Below are positions 50,601-56,891 of a DNA stretch of 64,000 bases, one piece after another. This DNA comes from an uncultured Duncaniella sp. GTDB lineage: Bacteria; Bacteroidota; Bacteroidia; Bacteroidales; Muribaculaceae. The stretch spans positions 19,726 through 83,725 of the forward strand of contig CAJUIX010000014.1 in the NCBI GenBank assembly GCA_910586665.1, given 5' to 3'. How positions within the stretch are numbered: position 1 is the first letter of the stretch; the number at the start of each line of letters is the position of its first letter. Both the position numbers and the translations under genes were made by a program. The notes beneath the pieces were generated by a model, which was not told the origin of the DNA, made no database searches, and was given only the letters and a program-made list of their open reading frames with translations.

Positions 50601-50885
50601 CTCGGCGTTCATTATATATATGTCGGCACCACCCTCGCGGTCGCTGGCAAAGGCTATTTTCTTGCCGTCGGGTGACCATACGGGCTCCGTCTCGTAGGAG
50701 AGGAGGGTGGTCAGGCGTTTGGCCGGGCCGCCGGTGGCGGGCACAGTGAAGATGTCGCCCTTGTAGGTAAAGGCGATTGTCTTTCCGTCGGGTGAGATGC
50801 GCACGTCGCGCATCCACAACGGTGTCGCGGCCTCTGCACAGATTGCAGAGCCTAACAGGAGCAGGCTTAACAGTTTTTTGTTCAT
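47634..50885 (-). CDS. Tricorn-like protease (S41) with beta-propellers and PDZ domain
   Basis: Start moved to MNKKLLSLLLLG (signal peptide). SPDGK PD40 repeats; ELNVSH, GYVHI, DTRFNGGG, YSNAH. Confidence 0.92.
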   Translation of the reverse strand: MNKKLLSLLLLGSAICAEAATPLWMRDVRISPDGKTIAFTYKGDIFTVPATGGPAKRLTTLLSYETEPVWSPDGKKIAFASDREGGADIYIMNAEGGDVRRLTTHSAVETPQAFTPDGKYVVYSAAIQDTPTSLMFPAKGYTELYKIPVGGGRPEQIISTPAEAISFLPDGASFLYVDRKGNEDQWRKHHTSSVTRDIWKYDAKTGKHTNLTKREGEDRNPVITPDGKTAYFLSERDGGSFNVYSMDIDNPSSVTALTDFKTHPVRFLSRGADGTLAFTYDGEIYTMRPGAKPAKLRIDLVTDEPEETVIRKFATGARQAVPSPDGKQVAFVNRGDIFVTSVEYPTTRQITATPEGESSPSWADNRTLYYSSDRDGHYNIYRARIARDEDPNFPNATIIDEEPVFKKNDKVDRANPVVSPDGKKIAFVLGRRDIAVLDIASGKVTQLTHGNICNSRTGGLTFAWSPDSKWLAAEVDMHRRSPYYDIAIINASTGDITNITNSSYMDMSPRWVMGGDAILFASDRYGMRSQASWGSQNDAMLVFTNQAAYDRFRLSPEDYALLKEVKDSKKKPATAEKDKKDADKGKKDAPQAKKDSKKDVNIELDGISDRIVRLTPFSSDLADLYIDDKGETLWFLSSFDSGYDLWKMNLRKKDVSLANKLDAGNLSMTPDAEGKNLFLLGGTSMRKMALPSGKMERISYTGRQKINPAAERDYLYNYILKEVDARFFDPAMHGVDWKAMGEAYRKFLPHISNNADFAELASELLGELNVSHTGGRFYPDPVKEATAELGLLFDMTFKGPGLKVAEVVKDGPFSHADSKMKPGAIVTAINGEKIDAETDYTPLLNGIARQKTLVSFTLPSGAKEEEVVLPISSTALNNLLYDRWVKRNAALVDSLSGGRLGYVHIKSMNDASYRTIYADLLGKYNERDGIIIDTRFNGGGRLHEDIEVLFSGKKYLTQEIKGVVAGEMPSRRWNKPSIMLTGEANYSNAHGTPWVYKHVGLGKVVGMPVPGTMSSVNWVTMQDPSLVFGIPVVGFKTAEGNYLENTQLEPDVKVANDPAKIVLGIDDQIATAVKTLLNDIDKK

Positions 50886-50926
50886 GATAGCAGTTTGTGT
50901 AGGGGGTGGGGTTAAGGTTGTGATTC

Positions 50927-51850
50927 CTAATTTTGTTTCTTGAGTTTGCGTTTTTGCAGGTAGTCGGCCATCCATACGCCGAGCAGGATCATGGCGCAGC
51001 CGGTGTAGCCGATAATCGAAATCTTCTCGCCGAGGATGAAGAAGGAGAAGACGAGGGTCACGACGGGCTGGAAGTACATGTAGTTCGACGCCTTTACCGC
51101 GCCTATCTTGCCGATGATGACGGCCCACATCAGATAGGCGAACATCGAACAGAAGAGCGCGAGGAAGAGGATGTTGAACATCAGTTTCGGTTCGAGGAGC
51201 ACTGTCGGGGGGGTGATTTCCGGCTCGATGAGCAGGAAGGGGATTGCGGTCAGGACGCCGTAGAAGAATGTCTTGCGCGTGATGAAGAGCGCGCTGTAGA
51301 GAGGGTTGAGTTTCTTGATTATAATGCTGTAGATGGCCCAGCAGAGGGCGGCGAGGAGCGAGAGCATGTCGCCGAGTGGCTTGATGCTCAGTGAGAAGCT
51401 GCTGTTGAAAATGACAAGCCCCACCCCGAGGAAGGCCACGACGGAGCCGAGTATGGTCTCCTTGCCCACGCGGTCGGTGCGGTAGATGAAGCCTATGAGC
51501 AGGACGGTCAGCAGCGGCGAGAGCGATGTGATGAGCGAGACGTTGCTCACGAGGGTGTACTCGAGCGCGACATTCTCGGATATGAAGTAAATCGAGCCTC
51601 CGAAGAGTCCGCCGAGCATAAATGTGAATTCATGGCGCCACGAATCGCACAGCAGTCTCTTGTGGCAGATGAGGAGCATCGCGATGTAGGCGATTGCAAA
51701 ACGGTAAATGTAAATCTCGATAGGGTTCAGGCCGCTGTCGAGGAGCACCTTGGTTGAAATGAACGATACGCCCCAGGCCATGACTGCGACCGCAGCCCCT
51801 GCATGATAGAGCAGAAGGTTCCCTTTGGGGTTAAAGCGCTTTGTTGACAT
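50927..51850 (-). CDS. DMT/EamA family transporter
   Basis: About 10 TM helices in two EamA repeats (WGVSF..R / WAIY..ILGE). Confidence 0.9.
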   Translation of the reverse strand: MSTKRFNPKGNLLLYHAGAAVAVMAWGVSFISTKVLLDSGLNPIEIYIYRFAIAYIAMLLICHKRLLCDSWRHEFTFMLGGLFGGSIYFISENVALEYTLVSNVSLITSLSPLLTVLLIGFIYRTDRVGKETILGSVVAFLGVGLVIFNSSFSLSIKPLGDMLSLLAALCWAIYSIIIKKLNPLYSALFITRKTFFYGVLTAIPFLLIEPEITPPTVLLEPKLMFNILFLALFCSMFAYLMWAVIIGKIGAVKASNYMYFQPVVTLVFSFFILGEKISIIGYTGCAMILLGVWMADYLQKRKLKKQN

Positions 51851-52091
51851 GACGATATTTAAGGTTAACCTTCGTTACCGAGGGTGTCGCAGGGCGGTTT
51901 CGGAGGCTGCGTGAGGCAGCTTGTCATGCTCTACCCCCAATTGTGCCGACGGAAGGAATTGACGTCGCCATAACGATTACAAAATTAAGAATTTTTTGTC
52001 AAAGTTTGTGGCGGCGCGTCAAACTTTATTCTACCGGGGACGTAATATCTATACAGACGCATCAAAAAAATTTCCCGTCTTGAGGGATAAT

Positions 52092-52124
52092 TTTGGGAAA
52101 TAACATAGGAAATACCTATTTTTG
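52092..52124 (+). promoter_or_regulatory. Sigma-A promoter for the OmpA-family gene
   Basis: TTTG (52092-52095), 21-nt spacer, TATTTTTG (52117-52124). Confidence 0.7.
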
Positions 52125-52163
52125 TGTCGAGATTTAACACGTTAACTTAAAAATAACAAAAAA

Positions 52164-52865
52164 ATGAAACTCGCTAAAGTTTTAGGAATTCCTGCAATGG
52201 CTCTCTGCGTGCTCCTGTCGACAGGTTGCTCCTCGTGGACCAACACAGGCAAGGGCGCAGCGATTGGCGGAGGCGGCGGTGCCGCCCTCGGTGCAGGTCT
52301 CGGAGCTCTCATTGGTGGCGGCAAGGGTGCCGCTATCGGTACGGCTATCGGTGCTGCCGTAGGTACAGGCGCCGGCGTGCTCATCGGCAAGAAGATGGAC
52401 AAGCAGCAGGCTGAACTCCAGGCCGAGCTTGCCAAGCAGGCTGAAATCAAGCAGGTGACTGACGAAAACGGTCTCCAGGCCATCCAGGTGACGTTCAACG
52501 GAGGTATCCTCTTCCCGACCAACGGCACCACTCTCAGCGCCAACGCCAAGACGGACCTGACCAAGTTTGCAACCTCGCTCATCAACAACCCCGGCACCAA
52601 CGTGCAAATCTACGGCTACACTGATGACACCGGCACACTCGCCGTCAACGAGCGTGTGGCCAACGGTCGTGCCGATGCTGTCCGCAACTATCTGCTCAAC
52701 AGCGGCGTGGCTGCCACCCGTCTGTCGGCCGAGGGTCTCCCCATGCAGGACTACATCGCTTCCAACTCGACTGCCGAGGGCCGTGCGCAGAACCGCCGCG
52801 TGGAGGTCTATATCACCGCCAGCAAGGAGATGATCGAACAGGCCAACCAGGGCACACTGAAGTAA
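52164..52865 (+). CDS. OmpA-family lipoprotein with glycine zipper
   Basis: Lipobox STGC; GAAIG repeats; GYTD..N..RA, NRRVE. Confidence 0.93.
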   Translation: MKLAKVLGIPAMALCVLLSTGCSSWTNTGKGAAIGGGGGAALGAGLGALIGGGKGAAIGTAIGAAVGTGAGVLIGKKMDKQQAELQAELAKQAEIKQVTDENGLQAIQVTFNGGILFPTNGTTLSANAKTDLTKFATSLINNPGTNVQIYGYTDDTGTLAVNERVANGRADAVRNYLLNSGVAATRLSAEGLPMQDYIASNSTAEGRAQNRRVEVYITASKEMIEQANQGTLK

Positions 52866-52903
52866 TCCCGGACATTACTAATCATCAATTCTATTTAATA
52901 AAC

Positions 52904-52949
52904 ATCAGGGAAGTACACTCTACGGCGAGTATACTTCCCTGATTATTTT
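52904..52949. terminator. Terminator between the OmpA and M28 genes
   Basis: ATCAGGGAAGTACACTC-loop-GAGTATACTTCCCTGAT followed by TATTTT. Confidence 0.8.
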
Positions 52950-52966
52950 GCGTATGTCCGTGTGGA

Positions 52967-53989
52967 TTATTCCAGGCAGCGGATTTCGTTGAAAATCATG
53001 TTGAGGACGGTCTGGCCGGCTGCTTCGAGCGAGGAGGGGTCGATGTTCTCCATAGTGTCGTTGACGGTGTGCCATGTCGGGGGGAATGTCCCGGTGGCGT
53101 CGTTCTTTGACTCGATTATGTCGATGGCGGGGATGCCGGCATCGTTGAGGAAGAGGTGGTCGTCGACGACGGCGCCGCCGCTCTTGTTGACGAAGCGCGA
53201 TTCATAGCCCGAGCGCTCGGCCATCGACCAGACTTTGTCGACTATGTTTTTGGCGCGTTGGTCAGAGTAGTATTCACGGTGAAATTTTGCGTCAATCCCT
53301 CCTACCATGTCAAACAATATGGCATAGCGCGGTAGCGAGTCCGCGGCATAAGGCATATTTTCAATCCAGTTCTGCGTGCCGAGACACCATGAGCTGTCAT
53401 GGGTCGAAAATCCAGATGCCTGGCCGTAGTCTTCGGCATCGACAATAAGGAGGTCGACGCCTACGGGGGGAACGTTCTGCTTGAGCTGGCGGGCTATTTC
53501 GAGGATGACTCCGACGCCGCTCGCGCCGTCGTTGGCGCCGAGGACGGGCTTGAGCCTGTTTTCTTCGTTGATATCCGAATCACACCAGGGGCGGGTGTCG
53601 TAGTGGGCCACAAGGAGTATTCTGTCCTTTATATCGGGCCCATAGGATGCCATGATGTTGCCGATTGGTAGTTTGTCGCCGTTGAAAGCTTTCACCTCGC
53701 CGGTCTGGACCCTTACGTTCTTTGCCCCGTGACGGTTGAGTGTGCGGACTATATAGTCCCTGCACAGGCGGTTCTGCTCTGTCCCGGATACTCTCGGGCC
53801 GAAGGCCACCTGGCGTCTTACATAATAATATGCGGAGTCCCGATTGAATTTGGCAGGAGAATTGAGTACTTTTTTTGCATGCGGAGTCTTGGCTGTCTTC
53901 CCGGTGGAAGCAGTCCCGTTACAACTTGTTACTGTTGTGCCTATTGTGGCTAAAACGCAGAATAGAACTGCAATTAGGTGTCCTTTCAT
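52967..53989 (-). CDS. M28-family lipoprotein, probable glutaminyl-peptide cyclotransferase
   Basis: Lipobox VTSC; FGPRV, AHYDTR, GANDGASG, DAED, DM, DDH, WHT. Confidence 0.8.
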   Translation of the reverse strand: MKGHLIAVLFCVLATIGTTVTSCNGTASTGKTAKTPHAKKVLNSPAKFNRDSAYYYVRRQVAFGPRVSGTEQNRLCRDYIVRTLNRHGAKNVRVQTGEVKAFNGDKLPIGNIMASYGPDIKDRILLVAHYDTRPWCDSDINEENRLKPVLGANDGASGVGVILEIARQLKQNVPPVGVDLLIVDAEDYGQASGFSTHDSSWCLGTQNWIENMPYAADSLPRYAILFDMVGGIDAKFHREYYSDQRAKNIVDKVWSMAERSGYESRFVNKSGGAVVDDHLFLNDAGIPAIDIIESKNDATGTFPPTWHTVNDTMENIDPSSLEAAGQTVLNMIFNEIRCLE

Positions 53990-54074
53990 GACTTAGCTTA
54001 CTGTGTTTAGTGTTGGTGTCTAAAAATATCTGTGGCTGTGTCATTCGCGACAGTGCTATTAAGGTATTTCATCG

Positions 54075-54082
54075 CAAAGTTA
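54075..54082 (-). promoter_or_regulatory. -7 element for the M28/QC gene
   Basis: TAACTTTG on the minus strand. Confidence 0.55.
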
Positions 54083-54188
54083 CAACATAGTTACAATACA
54101 ATACCAAAATGGTTACAGAAAATTCATTTTGTTAATGATTATTAACTATTTGGGTTGTCGTTACGGGTTCTGCGTGGCGGGGTATGGG

Positions 54189-54253
54189 AAAAGGGCCTGA
54201 AAAGACCCTTGGAAATGATGGATGTCAGTTCCGGCGGTTATCTTTTCAGGCCC
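54189..54253 (-). terminator. Terminator downstream of rubrerythrin
   Basis: 13-bp arms GGGCCTGAAAAGA / TCTTTTCAGGCCC, followed by TTTT on the minus strand. Confidence 0.65.
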
Positions 54254-54281
54254 GTAGGGCAGGATATGAGAGTGTGTGTCT

Positions 54282-54833
54282 TTACTTCTTGAAGTAGCGG
54301 TTGTAGAGACCCTGGAAGCCCTGTCCGTGACGGGCCTCGTCCTTGGCCATTTCATGAACGGTGTCATGGATAGCGTCGAGATTGAGTTCTTTGGCGCGGC
54401 GTGCTATACGCATCTTGTCGGCGTTGGCACCTGCCTCGGCAGCCATGCGCTTTTCGAGGTTCTCCTTGGTCGACCATACGCACTCGCCGAGGAGTTCTGC
54501 AAACTTGGAAGCGTGCTCTGCCTCTTCGATAGCGTAGCGCTTGAAGGCCTCTGCGATTTCGGGATAGCCCTCGCGGTCAGCCTGGCGCGACATGGCGAGA
54601 TACATGCCTACTTCGGCACATTCGCCTTCGAAGTGGGCGCGGAGGTCGGCCTTCATCTCGTCGTCGGTGTCCTTTGCGATGCCGATGACGTGCTCGGTCA
54701 CGAATTCGAGAGCCTCGCTTTCGTTGAGTTCTTTGAATTTAGAGCGGGGAGCCTTGCAGAGGGGGCAGAATTCAGGTGCTTCGTCACCTTCGTGAACGTA
54801 ACCGCAGACGGTGCAGATAAATTTCTTCTTCAT
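54282..54833 (-). CDS. Reverse rubrerythrin / NADH peroxidase
   Basis: N-terminal rubredoxin CTVC..CPLC followed by a ferritin-like domain with EAEH and EARH. Confidence 0.93.
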   Translation of the reverse strand: MKKKFICTVCGYVHEGDEAPEFCPLCKAPRSKFKELNESEALEFVTEHVIGIAKDTDDEMKADLRAHFEGECAEVGMYLAMSRQADREGYPEIAEAFKRYAIEEAEHASKFAELLGECVWSTKENLEKRMAAEAGANADKMRIARRAKELNLDAIHDTVHEMAKDEARHGQGFQGLYNRYFKK

Positions 54834-54921
54834 GATTGATGATTGTTTAATGATGTTATACGAAAAATGATAATTAATTATAAGTCTTTATTGTTGTTCG
54901 GGGGCGCTGCCGGAGTGGGTG

Positions 54922-55356
54922 TCAGGCCTTGGCGTTGCACTCTGGGCAGCAGCCCTTGAATATCACGTCGGCCGATAGGAGCCGGTAGCCTTCGGGCATC
55001 GCCGGGTAGTCAGCCTCGCTGAGCGAGAAGTCGATGTCGCTGACATGGCCGCAGCCGGTGCAGATGAAGTGGGAGTGTTCGTAGTACTGGTAGTCCCATC
55101 GGGCGCCGTCGCCACCTCCGATTTCGATGCAGCGGATGATGCCGGCTGCGGCGAGGAGGCGGAGGGTGTTGTAGACAGTCGTGCGCGAGAGAGTGGGGTT
55201 GTCGGGCTGGAGGGCCTTGAAGATTTCGTCGACTGTCGGGTGGATTCTGTTTTCCATGAGGAAGCGCAGTATCATCATCCGCTGTGCCGAGGGCTTGACG
55301 CCGCCGTCCGACAGGATGTCGAGTAATTGCTGGGTGGTGATTGCTTCGCTCTGCAT
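54922..55356 (-). CDS. Fur family transcriptional repressor, PerR-like
   Basis: HPTVDEI, SRTTVYNTL, HSHFICTGC..CPEC; immediately upstream of rubrerythrin. Confidence 0.9.
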   Translation of the reverse strand: MQSEAITTQQLLDILSDGGVKPSAQRMMILRFLMENRIHPTVDEIFKALQPDNPTLSRTTVYNTLRLLAAAGIIRCIEIGGGDGARWDYQYYEHSHFICTGCGHVSDIDFSLSEADYPAMPEGYRLLSADVIFKGCCPECNAKA

Positions 55357-55372
55357 GGAAATTATTTCATAT

Positions 55373-55387
55373 TTGTAATGATTACAA
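55373..55387. promoter_or_regulatory. Per/Fur-box-like 7-1-7 operator
   Basis: Perfect palindrome TTGTAAT-G-ATTACAA between the -7 element (TACTTTTG, 55402-55409, minus strand) and the perR start. Confidence 0.7.
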
Positions 55388-55494
55388 TTATATTTTCAGT
55401 ACAAAAGTAGTACAATTATTTTAATTGTGCAATAGGCGGGTGAAAAAAATTTTGTAGATTTGTGAAATATATTTCCGGCTGCACATACATAAAA

Positions 55495-55581
55495 TTAAAA
55501 GGGAGCAGCTTCACGCGGCTCCCTTTTATGAGTTTCCAATAGGTACAATTTCTAAGGTAAAAAAGATTGTTTTAGGTTCGT
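55495..55581 (-). ncRNA. Candidate ~85-nt small RNA
   Basis: Own consensus promoter (TTTG 55614-55617, 20-nt spacer, TACCTTTG 55586-55593) and terminator GGGAGC..GCTCCC-TTTT (55497-55527). No ORF inside. Confidence 0.7.
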
Positions 55582-55776
55582 GATGCAAAGGTAGGCCAAG
55601 AAATCGCGCCCGGCAAATATTTCTTTATGTTATCCAACATAATTTTTTATCCGGGACTTTGCGAAAATTGCAATTTTGAGACCTAAATTATTGAATATCA
55701 ATATTGAATTAGAATTGTATCCTAATGTTTACAAATAGTTAAAATACGTTAATATAATAAACATTCGGAAGTATTC

Positions 55777-56526
55777 CTAATAAAATATGTCTGTTTTCAG
55801 AGTTTTTCCGTCCCAGACAGCGTATGTGAACCGGCTTATCCAGTCACCCAAAATGACGATTCTGCTCCCTTCGGGCAGCTCTTGGTCGAGAAGGATGTGG
55901 CAGTGGCCGAAGATGAAGTAGTCAATCTTCCCGTCGGGGTGCGAGGCGTTGTAGGCGCGGGCGAAGTTTATGAGATTGTCGCCGGCACGCTCCGAGGGAG
56001 TGTAGCCCCCCTGCTTGCGTGAGCGCGAGGACCATGAGTGGGCGAAGCCTATGGTCCAGCGGGGGTGGATGGCGGCGTAGAGCCGCTGTGCGGTGCGGTT
56101 GCGGAAGAGCGCGCGCAGCTTGCGGAAGGACCAGGGGAGGCGCCCGACGCCGTCGCCGTGCTCCATGAAGAAGCGCTTGCCGTCAAATGTGGCGGTCATG
56201 GCTCCGTCGTGGACCTTCAGGCCGATTTCGCGGGGGAGGTAGTCGAAAATCCAGATGTCGTGGTTCCCCTTGAACCATGTGATTTCCACTCCGGCGTCGG
56301 CCAGGCGGCCGAGGGCGCCGAAGAAGCGGGTGAAGCCGCGAGGCACCACCGTGCGATACTCCCACCAGTAGTCAAGTATGTCGCCGAGCAGGATGAGCCT
56401 GCCGCAGTCGGGGGCTATGTGCTCGAGGAAGTCCACAATTTTGCGCTCGTGGGCTTTCGGGTCGGCGATGTAGGAGGCGCCGAGGTGGAGGTCGCTTATG
56501 AAGTATGTCTTCTTTCCGTCAGCCAT
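55777..56526 (-). CDS. lpxH: UDP-2,3-diacylglucosamine diphosphatase (metallophosphoesterase)
   Basis: SDLHLG, LGD, GNHD, HGD, FGH.H, LGDW. Confidence 0.85.
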   Translation of the reverse strand: MADGKKTYFISDLHLGASYIADPKAHERKIVDFLEHIAPDCGRLILLGDILDYWWEYRTVVPRGFTRFFGALGRLADAGVEITWFKGNHDIWIFDYLPREIGLKVHDGAMTATFDGKRFFMEHGDGVGRLPWSFRKLRALFRNRTAQRLYAAIHPRWTIGFAHSWSSRSRKQGGYTPSERAGDNLINFARAYNASHPDGKIDYFIFGHCHILLDQELPEGSRIVILGDWISRFTYAVWDGKTLKTDIFY

Positions 56527-56531
56527 GCCGA

Positions 56532-56852
56532 TTAGAGGAAACCGAGGTCGAGTTTAGCTTCTTCGGTCATCATGTCCTTGGTCCATTCAGGCTCGAAGAC
56601 TATGCGGATGTCGACGCTCTTGATGCCCTCGATGCTCTCGAGCTTGATGCGCGCGTCGTCGACGAGGAAGTCGGCTGCCGGGCAGCTGGGCGCTGTGAGG
56701 GTCATGTCGATTTTGAGGTTTCCGTCGTCGTCGAGGTCTATCGCGTAGATGAGGCCGAGGTTATATATGTCTACAGGGATTTCGGGGTCGTAGACCGTCT
56801 TGAGCATGGTGACGATTCGCTCCTCAATCTTGGTTTTTTCTTCAGGTGTCAT
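56532..56852 (-). CDS. DUF59 / SufT-like Fe-S cluster assembly protein
   Basis: VYDPEIPVDIYNLGLIY, MTLTAPSCP, PEW. Confidence 0.92.
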   Translation of the reverse strand: MTPEEKTKIEERIVTMLKTVYDPEIPVDIYNLGLIYAIDLDDDGNLKIDMTLTAPSCPAADFLVDDARIKLESIEGIKSVDIRIVFEPEWTKDMMTEEAKLDLGFL

Positions 56853-56891
56853 TGTTTGCTATTATGTAATATATATGTGGTGGTTGTCGCA

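Noticed and set aside
50886..51128. N-terminal extension of the tricorn ORF (likewise M13 at 24433, xseB at 24230, thioredoxin at 60210, hsdS at 3169)
   Set aside because: These extensions overlap neighbouring genes or precede the evident signal peptide; internal ATGs were chosen.
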